Shown one piece after another: positions 10,965 to 20,802 of a stretch of 37,760 bases of DNA. The DNA is from Curvularia clavata (Eukaryota), in contig CP089276.1 in NCBI GenBank assembly GCA_023920165.1, forward strand, positions 4,712,001 through 4,749,760, written 5' to 3'. A program made the position numbers and the translations under genes. The notes beneath the pieces were generated by a model that was not told where the DNA came from, did not search any database, and was given only the letters and a program-made list of their open reading frames with translations. Within the stretch, counting starts at the first letter, position 1. Each line of letters begins with the position of its first letter.

Positions 10965-11895
10965 GAATCTAGACTAGATAAGTATATTCCTACTAACGTA
11001 GGACCCTATATAATATTTTAACTACCTATAGATTTAGTAAGCAGTTTAATAGCAAGTATCTAATTAAAATATTACTATATTACGCAACTTTAATAAGTAT
11101 ATTAATGTCTAGAGACCGGCTCCCGTATAAGATATTAATATGGCCAGTAGTATCTAGGGAGTGGGCAACGAACACGCCCTAAGGACTTCTGAGTAGGAAC
11201 TTGCTAATTTTAGATATAAGCACTAGACTTAGGTATAGCAGATAATTAAAATATGGAATATAGTTAATTAGCTTATAAATTAGCTAATAGCTATGCTAAA
11301 TAAAAAGATTATTAAAAAATCTAAGATAGCAACTTCTAAGAAATATAGCAGAAATTATAATAATCTATAAATATTCTTTACTACTATTAACCTATACTAC
11401 GAATTTAATAAAGTATTTAGTAATTAAAAGAAGATTTTTATAGCTAGTATATATATAAAAAGAAAAGCGGCTAATAAGATCTAACTATATATAGAAGACT
11501 ATCTATTATTAGTAAAGACTAAAGAGACTAGAGATAAGAATAAAGCCCTATTTGCAGATTAGAATAGCTTTAAGGAAGAGATAGAATATATCTTTAGAGA
11601 AATCAATACTAGAAACTAAGTAGAAAAAGCGATTATACGCCTAAAGCAGACTATATCTATTTTAGTTTATATAGCTGAGTTCAAGTAGCTATAAGCGCGA
11701 ATTAATTAGAATAACGCAGCTCTTCGAATGGTATTCGAAGACGGTCTAAAGGAAATTGTTAAAGACGGTCTAGTATACTATAATAAGCTAGAAATATTGC
11801 AAACTCTAATTAAGCTAGCTACGCGAATTAATAATAGAATTTAGGAACGAAATAAATAAAAGAAATGTTAATTCTATCCTAATATAGCTAATACT

Positions 11896-12402
11896 TGTTA
11901 CAAGTAACAGAAAGGATTCTCTCCTTGACAAGAGACAGCGAGGTTGGAAGCCAACCACGTCCACGTCAGAAGGTAAGTGATTGTGCAGAACAACGATCAC
12001 GTAATATAGCCTTCTACTAAATACAAATATCCTACTAAAAAAGAGATGCTAGTAGGACTAGAGAAGCTACGTCCTCTCTAACCTCCTAACATATAATAGA
12101 AATTAGAGAAGCTAGAGAGAATAGGACGGGAAGTATGTAATAGGTATAAGAATGTGTTAGATTTCATTATTATACTCGTTATAGTTAACTTAATAAAGTA
12201 TCTTTTATAGTTACCTTTTATACTTAGATTAATACTAGTTATTCTATCTTTAATAGAATTAGTTTTGTCTATCTTTATTATTCTCTACTACCAAATCGCC
12301 AGACAACTACCTCACGGTATACTTCGCAGAAACTAGCCTCGCCCTAATACGGAACCTAGGCTAGGTAAGTATATTCCTACTAACGTAGGACCCCGTGTAA
12401 CA
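11896..12402 (+). mobile_element. Solo LTR (B' subfamily, 507 bp), RIP-mutated
   Basis: TGTTACA...TGTAACA with TSD ATACT on both sides. Confidence 0.93.
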
Positions 12403-12489
12403 ATACTAAGAAATAACGCAATAACTAGAATAAGAACGGCGATACTATTATGACTAGGAAAGTACAAGAAAAGACTAGAGATAGAAAAC

Positions 12490-12880
12490 TAGACTGGTAA
12501 ACGGGTATTGACCCACTTTTCTTCTTTCATCAATGTCTCATCAAAGACTAGTCCAAATCGAGTAATTCTGACGTCATTTTAATGCCCTAAGCTAGCGCAT
12601 TCTATCATGTAATATAAAGCTAAGCCGTATCTAGCTTAGTTCAAAAGTTATTTAATAGCCCGTTTGTGAGCCCTAGGGCTGGGTTATGAGTCGGGTATAC
12701 CCCTATTTTTACTCCTTTTTTAGCTCTAGCACTAGTACTATCAGTGTTAAGCTAAAATAATATATTAGTAATATTTAGACTAGAGTGCTAGCTCTCTAAT
12801 GACGTCAGAATTACTTGATTTGGACTAGTATTGGCCAAGATAATCGATAGCCCTAGCTAAATACCCGATTTACCAGTCTA
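12490..12880. mobile_element. Non-autonomous hAT-type element/MITE (391 bp)
   Basis: TIR TAGACTGGTAAA(T)CGGGTATT, 8-bp TSD TAGAAAAC, and an inner inverted repeat of about 32 bp (ACTAGTCCAAATCGAGTAATTCTGACGTCATT). Confidence 0.88.
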
Positions 12881-13384
12881 TAGAAAACCCTAAGGAAAGG
12901 GCTAAGACAGTCTTTCTAAGAAGGAACGCTAAAAGCGTAATAATAAAGCATATCTCTGCTATAGTAAAATAGAATACTTCTACAAAGACTACCTAAAGAA
13001 TAAAGTTAAATAGGCAGTAGTAAAAATCAAGATACTAAAGCTATAGCCATCTACACTGCCACCTGATGACGACCTTGGTGATCTAGACCTCTACAATAAA
13101 GCACGTCTAGCTAAGAATGATAACTATATAATCGTTCTAGAGCTTCTTAAAGTAGACGAATATATAAACTAGAAAGTGCCGTAACTATCTAATGTTACAA
13201 GTAATAAGAAGGATTCTCTCCTTAACAAGAGACAGCGAGGTTGGAAGCCAACCACGTCCACGTTAGAAGGTAAGTGATTTCATAGGGCAACAATCACGTA
13301 ATATAGCCTCCTACTAAGTACGAATATCCTGCTAAAGAAGGGATACTAGTAGAACTAGAGAAGCCATATCTTTCTCAACCTCCT

Positions 13385-13891
13385 TGTTACACGGGGTCCT
13401 ACTGGTTAGTTGGGAATATACTTACCTAGCCTAGATTCCGGGTTAGGGCGAGGCCAGTTTCTATGAAGTATACCGTGAGGTAGTTGTCTGGCGATTCGGT
13501 GGTAGGGATTAACGGAAGATAGACAAAACCAATCCTATTGGAAGATAGAATAACTAGTATCAATCTGAGTATGAAAGGTAACTATGAAAGATACTTTGCT
13601 GAGTTGACCACAACGAGTGTAATAATGAAATCCAACACATTCTTATACCCATTGCTTCCGGTCCTGTCCTCACTGTCCTCACGGAATAACCCCTGTGTTC
13701 TCTGAAGTCCCTGAAGTCACTTTGGTCACGTGTGAGCGTGTCCTCACATACTAGCGTGGTTTCCCGGTCTTGGCCTGAGGCCAGTCATGTGATCGCCCTT
13801 CCGCGGGGATCATTACCTTCTGACGTGTCGCCCAATGGTCTCCTACCTGCGGCCATCGTCAAGGAGAGATCCTTCTTTGTTACTTGTAACA
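13385..13891 (-). repeat. 3' LTR of element B
   Basis: Direct repeat of 20296-20802. Confidence 0.97.
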
Positions 13892-16800
13892 TTATCCCCC
13901 CTCTTAGGGTTATCGTCCCGATACCCTGGATTATCGTTTTCCCGTGCGTCGCTTGGCGCTGGTGGCTTGGATAAGTATCGAGGTATGCCCGTTGTGTCGT
14001 AGGCGCTTCTTCCTCCATGCCTTCCTAACCATGCCCAAGGTTCAACCAACTCGTCGTGTCCGTAACCAGAATTCGACTCTTCAGCGTCGGGCCCGCGCTG
14101 ACCGTATAAGGGAACAAGGCCGCGAGATGACTTTTCGGTGTAAACGTTGTGAAGAGAAGAATCTTCGTTGTTTCGTGGACACAGCATCTGGTCGCTGCGC
14201 TGGTTGTATTTCGGTTTCCGCTGAGTGTAGCCTTTTTGTTTCTGAGGAAGAGTGGGAGAAGGTCGAGGCTGAGAAGCGGCAAAAGCGTCTCGAGATTGCT
14301 CGTGCTGAGGAGCGCCAGCTTCAGGCTGCGATGGAGACTGCGCGACTTCGGCGCGAGCTCCTAGAGGTTGAGGCGCGAGAGCGAGAATTTGCTGATCGAG
14401 ATCATGCCATCTTGAGCCTTCAGGATCGTGCGCAAGAGCAGGCCGAGGGGAGCTCCGCCCCTGGTACGGACCATCCGACAACCGAACCATCGCTACCCGG
14501 ACTGTCGACTGACTTGGGCTGGTTACAGGCTGACGTTTCTTACGACCCTTTTTCACTTGATTATTTCCTTTCCCTCGAGGGTCCGTCCCTCGCTTCCGTG
14601 GATGTTTCCGATGGTACTCGCGTACCAGTGACCTGCAGTTCGTCAAGTTTCCTTCAGGTTCCCAAGTGTTGTGGCTATCTGGCCATCCTTCCCACCTGAC
14701 CAAGTACTTCCACTGACCGCCTATTTTCTGTAGGTCCTTGATTTCTTCGACCGTATATTCGTCGTCCTCGAGCTCGATATCGTCCATTAGCTCGGCTTCT
14801 GGGGGTGCAGGTTCTAGCAGTTTCTTGTGAAAAACGTTGTGTATGCGCATGCCTGGTGGTAGCCGTAGTTTATAGTTTACGGGTCCCATTTTCTCTAGGA
14901 TTTCGAATGGTCCTAATCGGAGATTGTCCAATTTCTTGCTTGGTCGTTTAGTTTTCAAGTTTTGTCGTGACAAGAAAACTCTGTCCCCCTTTTTAAAGGT
15001 TGGTCCCTCAATCCTTAGCTTATTCGCAGCTTTGGACGTCGTGAGGTTCCTATGAGCGATGTTCCTGCTCAATTCTTTATGCAATTCGCGCATTAGTCGG
15101 GCTTTATCGTCTGCTCCGACTGCGATACTTTCAATATCCTTTGGATCTCGATGAGCAACCGGCTCATATCCGTAGTTCGCGTAGTGTGGCGAGTACTTCG
15201 TTGTCGCCGATCTTGAACTATTGTAAGCCAATTGTGCTGTCGGCAAGAGTTCAACCCAGTTGTCCTGCAGCTTGTTGGCGTAAAATCGCAGATACTGTTC
15301 TAGCGTTTGGTTTGTTCGTTCCGTTTGTCCGTCGGTTTCTGGGTGGAAGCTAGTCGATAGCTTCTTCTTAACTCCCAGTTTTGCTAAGAACGTTGACCAG
15401 TATTTCGATGTGAACAGCTTATCTCTGTCCGTTATGAATTCTTCGGGCATCCCGTGCTCTGATATTAGTGCTTTGGAAACTTCGTACGCGCATTCCTCTG
15501 CCGTAATTGTTTCTTCTGTGGGCACAAACTTTGCCCCTTTGGTCTGTCGACACATTATGACCAAAATGGTGTCGCAGAGTCGAGCCGATCCTGGCTCTAA
15601 CGATTTCGGGAGCTTCACTATGAAGTCCATCGTTACGCTGCTCCATGGTCGCGTTGGTGGCGGTAAGGGTTGTAACAGGCCATAGGGCTTATGTCTTTTG
15701 GGCTTGTTCTGGTGACATGCCACACAGTTGCCTACAACTTCCTGCACCTGCGCCCTCAAGCGCGGCATATAAAACGCCTTATTCAGTCGCCTGACCATTT
15801 CGTCGATGCTTGCATGTCCGTATTCTCGTGACTCATGCAGTTCTTTGATGAGATCTTTTCTCATGTGCGTGGGTACGTAGGGTCGACTCTCGTTCCGCGG
15901 CTCACCTTTGTTCTGTAGCCCGTTGAGTTCCTTTTGTCCGTCCAATGGTACCCATTCATTCGCTTTTTGTTGCCATTGCTGTTGCAACGTTTCCACTTGC
16001 TCGGCTATCTTGGCTAATCTAGCCAGATCCGGCTGGTTGTACCTCAAGCTGCCGTCGGGCATTCTCTTGAGTACTGCGTCGTGTGGCTCTTTGTGGCCTT
16101 TTCCGCGTAAATCGGATCTTCGGCTCAGAGCATCCGCGGCTCCGTTGAGCGATCCTGCTCGATGCGTGATTTTGAAGTCAAACTGAGCTAACATCTCAGC
16201 ATATCGGACTTGTCTTCGGTTGAGTTTCTTCGTTGTCATAAAACTCGTGAGGTTCTGATGATCGGTAAAAACCTCGATCGTGTGTGGAAGTCCTAACAGG
16301 TATACTTCCCATTGTTCAAAGGCATCGACTACTCCAAGTAGTTCCTTATCGTGAACATCGTAGTTCAACTCTGCTTCGTCGAACTTTCTGGAATGGTAGA
16401 ACACGGGTCTCCATTTCCCATCTGGGCACTGCTGTGACAATACAGCTCCGAGTGCGTAATCAGACGCGTCAGTCTCGAGTCTGGTTGGTCGTTGAGGATC
16501 GTACATCTCTAGTACGGGTGCCTCTAGGAACGTCTGCTTGAGCTTGTCGAAAGCTTTCTGTTGTTCCTGTTTCCATCTGAAACCTACTTCCTTCTTCGTG
16601 ATCTCCGTAAGGGGTGCTGTGATCTTCGAATAATCTTTTATGAACTTCCGGTAGTAGTTCGCTAGCCCTAGGAAGGACTGAACATCCTTAACTGTTTTGG
16701 GCGTTTTCCAATCCCGTACAGCCTGTACCTTTTTTGGGTTCATTTTCACTCCTTCGGTCGAGATGATGAATCCGAGGAATTCCGTTTCCTGCGTGTGGAA

Positions 16801-18354
16801 TTCGCATTTCCCTGGCTGCAGATATAGCTTGTATTCCTTGAGCTTTCTGAGCACTTTCTTGACATGTTCGATGTGTTCTTCGAGCGTTCCCTTGGAGTAC
16901 ACTAGTACATCGTCCAAGTAAGCTGTTGCGAAGACACCAAGGTATTCGTGGAGAGCGTTGTTGATGACTGATTGAAAGGTCGCCGGCGCATTCGTTAGGC
17001 CGAACGGCATGACCGTATACTCGAACAGTCCATACTTCGTCTTGAACGCTGTTTTCCATTCGTCTCCTTCCTTGATCCTGATCCGATAAAATCCTTCTCG
17101 GACATCGAACTTCGTGAACCACTTGGCTCCCTGGAGTCGATCCATGAGCTCTGTTATGAGTGGTAGTGGGTACCGATTCTTTCGGGTTACCGCGTTCAAC
17201 CTTCGGTAATCGACACATAGTCGCCATTTTCCGTTAGGTTTCTTTACGAACAATATGGGTGAGGCCATCGGGCCTGACCCCGGTCTGATGAATCCTTTCT
17301 TAAGATTCTTCCGGAGGTATTCCTTGAGCTCGGCGTCGTGCTCGGGCGATATAGGATACATGCCTCCTGGCGTCAACTTTGCTCCATCCTCGAGGATGAT
17401 CTCGTGATCCCAATCCTGATGTTCTGCTAAGTCTGTTGCCTCGTTTTCTTCGAATAGTTCCTTGAACTCATTCGTTCTGTATTCTTTAGGAATGTCCAAC
17501 AATACGTCTTTGGGCTTTTCCTGGGGTAAGGGTCTGTCCTTCTTGGGCACGACTCGTCTTAACCAAATGACTCCTACTTGCTGAGGGTCCTTCGCATAGA
17601 TTCTCGCGATCTTATGCGGTGAGATCTTGCCGAATCTCCCATCCCGGGTTGTGCACTGATTCGTCGGGCGTATCTCATGTCGTACTCCAGCAACCCTTTT
17701 CGCAGGTTCTCGGCTGAGTATCGTTCTGTTTCGCCAGTCGATGGCGGGGTTATGGGCATCCAGCCAGTCATAACCGATCAATAGATCCGTTTCTCCTAGA
17801 TCCATAATGCTAATGCTCATTTGACTCTTGGTATCGGACACCTCCAGTGTCACCAGTTCTGTCTCGAGCCTTATCGTGCCTTTGCCGTATGCTACGGGCG
17901 TTTCTTCGGCCGATATTACCTGTAGCGGACGCTTCTTGCTCCGGTATGGTATTTCGTACTTCTCTACCACTCGGGGTGAGATCATTGTTCGTGCGGCACC
18001 GCTGTCTACGATTGCCTGTAATTTGTGTCCCTGTACATACACGGTCGTTACCAATTCCTTTGGGCGATCATCGGTGTAATGTACTCGTCTTAGGGTCGTT
18101 TTAGGACTGCCTTTACCAGCGTGACCCTGTCCCTGGTGGCATCCTAGTTTTTTGACGGTCCCCTGGACCCAAGCTTCTTTCCCTTTCTTTTCCGCGGAAA
18201 GTAGCCATGGTTCTGTTTTGCGTCCAGGTGGATTCTGCAGTTGTCGTCTGTGCAGAAGGTCCAGTGTTCGTTTGGGTGGGGGATCATTTCTTCCAGCGTC
18301 TCTGGCAGGTTGATCTCCTTTGTCCCGTGCATCCTGCACTTGATCGTCCGGCAT
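13843..18354 (-). CDS. pol: Pol of element B (protease, RT, RNase H, integrase, chromodomain) with a long C-terminal extension ending inside the LTR; probably entered by frameshift near 18150
   Basis: DSGA, YLDDVLV, ETDAS, HHCC, TDRD and EYTVEEI...YLVRWEGW..HNTWEP motifs. Confidence 0.97.
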   Translation of the reverse strand: MPDDQVQDARDKGDQPARDAGRNDPPPKRTLDLLHRRQLQNPPGRKTEPWLLSAEKKGKEAWVQGTVKKLGCHQGQGHAGKGSPKTTLRRVHYTDDRPKELVTTVYVQGHKLQAIVDSGAARTMISPRVVEKYEIPYRSKKRPLQVISAEETPVAYGKGTIRLETELVTLEVSDTKSQMSISIMDLGETDLLIGYDWLDAHNPAIDWRNRTILSREPAKRVAGVRHEIRPTNQCTTRDGRFGKISPHKIARIYAKDPQQVGVIWLRRVVPKKDRPLPQEKPKDVLLDIPKEYRTNEFKELFEENEATDLAEHQDWDHEIILEDGAKLTPGGMYPISPEHDAELKEYLRKNLKKGFIRPGSGPMASPILFVKKPNGKWRLCVDYRRLNAVTRKNRYPLPLITELMDRLQGAKWFTKFDVREGFYRIRIKEGDEWKTAFKTKYGLFEYTVMPFGLTNAPATFQSVINNALHEYLGVFATAYLDDVLVYSKGTLEEHIEHVKKVLRKLKEYKLYLQPGKCEFHTQETEFLGFIISTEGVKMNPKKVQAVRDWKTPKTVKDVQSFLGLANYYRKFIKDYSKITAPLTEITKKEVGFRWKQEQQKAFDKLKQTFLEAPVLEMYDPQRPTRLETDASDYALGAVLSQQCPDGKWRPVFYHSRKFDEAELNYDVHDKELLGVVDAFEQWEVYLLGLPHTIEVFTDHQNLTSFMTTKKLNRRQVRYAEMLAQFDFKITHRAGSLNGAADALSRRSDLRGKGHKEPHDAVLKRMPDGSLRYNQPDLARLAKIAEQVETLQQQWQQKANEWVPLDGQKELNGLQNKGEPRNESRPYVPTHMRKDLIKELHESREYGHASIDEMVRRLNKAFYMPRLRAQVQEVVGNCVACHQNKPKRHKPYGLLQPLPPPTRPWSSVTMDFIVKLPKSLEPGSARLCDTILVIMCRQTKGAKFVPTEETITAEECAYEVSKALISEHGMPEEFITDRDKLFTSKYWSTFLAKLGVKKKLSTSFHPETDGQTERTNQTLEQYLRFYANKLQDNWVELLPTAQLAYNSSRSATTKYSPHYANYGYEPVAHRDPKDIESIAVGADDKARLMRELHKELSRNIAHRNLTTSKAANKLRIEGPTFKKGDRVFLSRQNLKTKRPSKKLDNLRLGPFEILEKMGPVNYKLRLPPGMRIHNVFHKKLLEPAPPEAELMDDIELEDDEYTVEEIKDLQKIGGQWKYLVRWEGWPDSHNTWEPEGNLTNCRSLVREYHRKHPRKRGTDPRGKGNNQVKKGRKKRQPVTSPSQSTVRVAMVRLSDGPYQGRSSPRPALAHDPEGSRWHDLDQQILALAPQPLGARAEVAQSPSQPEAGAPQHEQSRDAFAASQPRPSPTLPQKQKGYTQRKPKYNQRSDQMLCPRNNEDSSLHNVYTEKSSRGLVPLYGQRGPDAEESNSGYGHDELVEPWAWLGRHGGRSAYDTTGIPRYLSKPPAPSDARENDNPGYRDDNPKRGDNVTSNKEGSLLDDGRR
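14031..14699 (+). CDS. Antisense accessory gene of element B (222 aa): Zn(II)2Cys6-pattern domain, coiled coil and acidic/hydrophobic tail
   Basis: ACCATG start. CKRC-EEKNLR-C-FVDTASGR-CAGC-ISVSAE-C matches C-x2-C-x6-C-x8-C-x2-C-x6-C and is followed by an E/R/K-rich helix. Confidence 0.85.
   Translation: MPKVQPTRRVRNQNSTLQRRARADRIREQGREMTFRCKRCEEKNLRCFVDTASGRCAGCISVSAECSLFVSEEEWEKVEAEKRQKRLEIARAEERQLQAAMETARLRRELLEVEAREREFADRDHAILSLQDRAQEQAEGSSAPGTDHPTTEPSLPGLSTDLGWLQADVSYDPFSLDYFLSLEGPSLASVDVSDGTRVPVTCSSSSFLQVPKCCGYLAILPT
18104..18153 (-). other. -1 frameshift signal of element B
   Basis: Slippery A AAA AAC directly before the gag TAG, then TGCC-ACCAG...CTGGT-aaa-GGCA with loop GGAC able to pair with downstream GTCC (possible pseudoknot). 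Confidence 0.78.
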
Positions 18355-20234
18355 TCCTTAGCCGCGATCGTGCCGTGCAGATGGTGATCTGCATGTCTTG
18401 CCGCGATTCTCTGTTCTCGGTGGAATCGGCATTTCTCTATGCAGTTGATCCAGCAGAGCTGCTCGTGAGCTCGTTGATGTTCTTCCTTGTGGATGTGGCA
18501 ATCCAGCATGGGGCAGTCGTTTGCCCATAGATGCTTGTGATTAGGATCATGCTCGTCCAACTTGCATTGTTCTTTAGCATCTGAGTGGAACATACAAAAC
18601 CTCCTTTTGCATTCGTTCCAGGCGATCATTTCGTGATCGTCGTGTTGCTTCCATGGTGCGTGGATGGTGCAATCCAATACCTTGCATGCTTCACTTCTTA
18701 AGTGTGCGTGGCAACATTCTTCTGCGTCGTACTGGGACAGTCTCGATTCTTCGGCATGGAACTCGCAGTAGTCTATACTGTCGCATTCGATCCAGTGCAG
18801 CTTTCTATGTTCGTCTTCGCGGTCGTTTTCTGGTTCCGGTAGCTCGTCCTTAAAGTACGGTTGTTCCTGGGCTGCCTGGGCAAGTACTTCCCTGGCCATC
18901 GGCCCTGTGACTGCAATTCTTCTTCCTCGAAGTGGGCAGCCATTGCCGTGGTGTGCTGGGTCTCCGCACATCCAGCATAAGTTTTGTGCGATCCGACGCT
19001 GGGCATCTGTGTCCTTCACGATCCAGTCGGATGGCTGTGGTGGTTCCCATTTCATGTGTTTGTCCGCTCTGACGAGCTCCGGGACAATCACATAATCCGT
19101 GTTCTCAGCTAGACGTGCTTCGTCGTAGAGGTCTAGATCGCTGAGGTCGTCGTCGGAGGGTAGTGTAGATGGCTGTGACTTCAGCATCCTGATCTTTACT
19201 ACTGCCTGCTTGACTTCGTTCTTCGGGCAGTCTCTGCGGAAGTGTCCTACTTCGCCGCATCGGAGACATGCTTTGTTGTCATAACGCTTCTGGCGTTCTT
19301 CCTTGGAAAGGCCGTCCTGGCCCTTTCCTCGGGGTTTCTTGTCTCTGGTCTTTTCTTGTACTTTTCCCGTCATGATTGTATCGCCGTCCTTGTCTCGGTT
19401 GTTGCGTTGTTTCTTGGTGTTAGCCATGTTGGGTCGAAATTGCCGTTTCTTTTGTTCGTTTCGTTCCCAGATCCTATTGTCGATTCGCGTGGCCAGCTCA
19501 ATCAGAGCTTGTAACGTTTCTGGCTTATCATGGTGTACTAGACCGTCTTTGACAATTTCCTTCAGACCGTCTTCGAATACCGTTCGAAGAGCTGCGTCGT
19601 CCCAATCAATTCGCGCTTGTAGCTGCTTAAACTCAGCTGTGTAAGCCGAAACGGACGTGGTCTGCTTCAGGCGTGTGATCGCTTTCTCTGCTTGGTTCTT
19701 GGCGTCGACCTCTCCGAAGACACGTCCCATTTCATCCTTGAAGTTGTTCCAACTTGCGAATAGGGCCTTGGTTTCTTCCTTGGTCCCTTTGGTCTTTATT
19801 GACGATAGGTAGTCCTCCACATATGGTTGGACCCAGTTAGCCGCTTTTCCTTTCATATGCGTACTGGCCATGAGGATCTTTTCCTGATCACTAGGTACCT
19901 CGTTGAATTCGCAGTATAGGTCGATGGTGGTGAGGAACGTTCGTAGGTCGTTACGGTTTCCGTCATACTTTTCGGGAGTTGCCATCTTAGGTTTCTTGAC
20001 AACCTTTTCGTTTGGCGTAGCCATCAGCTGACTCATAAGCTGATTAACCATATTCTGCATTTCGATCATCTGCTGTGCCTGAGCCTGGTGCTCGCGTCTG
20101 AGATTGGCAAGTTCCCACTCAGGAGTCCCTGGGGCATGCTCGTTGCCCACTCCCTGGGTGCTTCCGGCCATGTTGATGTCCTGTGCGGGAGCCGGTCCCT
20201 GGACGTTGACATACTCGTTGGAGTTGCGTGACAT
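18144..20234 (-). CDS. gag: Gag of element B (696 aa) with two CCHC knuckles and seven His/Cys repeats
   Basis: PEKYDG...LKQTTSVSAYTAEF core, CLRCGEVGHFRRDC and CWMCGDPAHHGNGC. Confidence 0.95.
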   Translation of the reverse strand: MSRNSNEYVNVQGPAPAQDINMAGSTQGVGNEHAPGTPEWELANLRREHQAQAQQMIEMQNMVNQLMSQLMATPNEKVVKKPKMATPEKYDGNRNDLRTFLTTIDLYCEFNEVPSDQEKILMASTHMKGKAANWVQPYVEDYLSSIKTKGTKEETKALFASWNNFKDEMGRVFGEVDAKNQAEKAITRLKQTTSVSAYTAEFKQLQARIDWDDAALRTVFEDGLKEIVKDGLVHHDKPETLQALIELATRIDNRIWERNEQKKRQFRPNMANTKKQRNNRDKDGDTIMTGKVQEKTRDKKPRGKGQDGLSKEERQKRYDNKACLRCGEVGHFRRDCPKNEVKQAVVKIRMLKSQPSTLPSDDDLSDLDLYDEARLAENTDYVIVPELVRADKHMKWEPPQPSDWIVKDTDAQRRIAQNLCWMCGDPAHHGNGCPLRGRRIAVTGPMAREVLAQAAQEQPYFKDELPEPENDREDEHRKLHWIECDSIDYCEFHAEESRLSQYDAEECCHAHLRSEACKVLDCTIHAPWKQHDDHEMIAWNECKRRFCMFHSDAKEQCKLDEHDPNHKHLWANDCPMLDCHIHKEEHQRAHEQLCWINCIEKCRFHREQRIAARHADHHLHGTIAAKECRTIKCRMHGTKEINLPETLEEMIPHPNEHWTFCTDDNCRIHLDAKQNHGYFPRKRKGKKLGSRGPSKN

Positions 20235-20295
20235 GGTGATATCTCAATCGGACGCTTGGTGTTAAACCGCTTACCGAATCCGTGGGTGGTCAAAG

Positions 20296-20802
20296 TGTTA
20301 CACGGGGTCCTACTGGTTAGTTGGGAATATACTTACCTAGCCTAGATTCCGGGTTAGGGCGAGGCCAGTTTCTATGAAGTATACCGTGAGGTAGTTGTCT
20401 GGCGATTCGGTGGTAGGGATTAACGGAAGATAGACAAAACCAATCCTATTGGAAGATAGAATAACTAGTATCAATCTGAGTATGAAAGGTAACTATGAAA
20501 GATACTTTGCTGAGTTGACCACAACGAGTGTAATAATGAAATCCAACACATTCTTATACCCATTGCTTCCGGTCCTGTCCTCACTGTCCTCACGGAATAA
20601 CCCCTGTGTTCTCTGAAGTCCCTGAAGTCACTTTGGTCACGTGTGAGCGTGTCCTCACATACTAGCGTGGTTTCCCGGTCTTGGCCTGAGGCCAGTCATG
20701 TGATCGCCCTTCCGCGGGGATCATTACCTTCTGACGTGTCGCCCAATGGTCTCCTACCTGCGGCCATCGTCAAGGAGAGATCCTTCTTTGTTACTTGTAA
20801 CA
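20296..20802 (-). repeat. 5' LTR of element B
   Basis: Direct repeat of 13385-13891, with TATAAG on the minus strand near 20553-20558. Confidence 0.97.

Larger units (their letters stand above)
1574..11015 (+). repeat. RIP-mutated 5' LTR of the host gypsy element (B' subfamily), split into pieces 1574-1764, 3620-3768 and 10965-11015
   Basis: The pieces are collinear with the uninterrupted solo LTR at 11896-12402. The end GGACCCTATATAATA is the C>T/G>A version of GGACCCCGTGTAACA. Confidence 0.85.
11077..13192 (+). pseudogene. RIP-mutated gag of the host element (relative of element B), interrupted by a solo LTR and a hAT MITE
   Basis: Collinear with the reverse complement of B gag (ATGTCACGCAACTCC becomes ATATTACGCAACTTT; GCAGCTCTTCGAA and TTCGAAGACGGTCT are retained). 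Differences are dominated by C>T and G>A. Confidence 0.9.
13385..20802 (-). mobile_element. Intact Ty3/gypsy chromovirus LTR retrotransposon B
   Basis: Two 507-bp LTRs that read identical, TSD CTCCT (13380-13384 and 20803-20807), purine tract AAGAGGGGGGATAA on the minus strand before the 3' LTR, and open gag and pol. Confidence 0.98.

Noticed and set aside
13440..13448. GGGTTAGGG as a relic telomere (also near 20351 and 33118)
   Set aside because: It is a fixed internal part of B-family LTRs.
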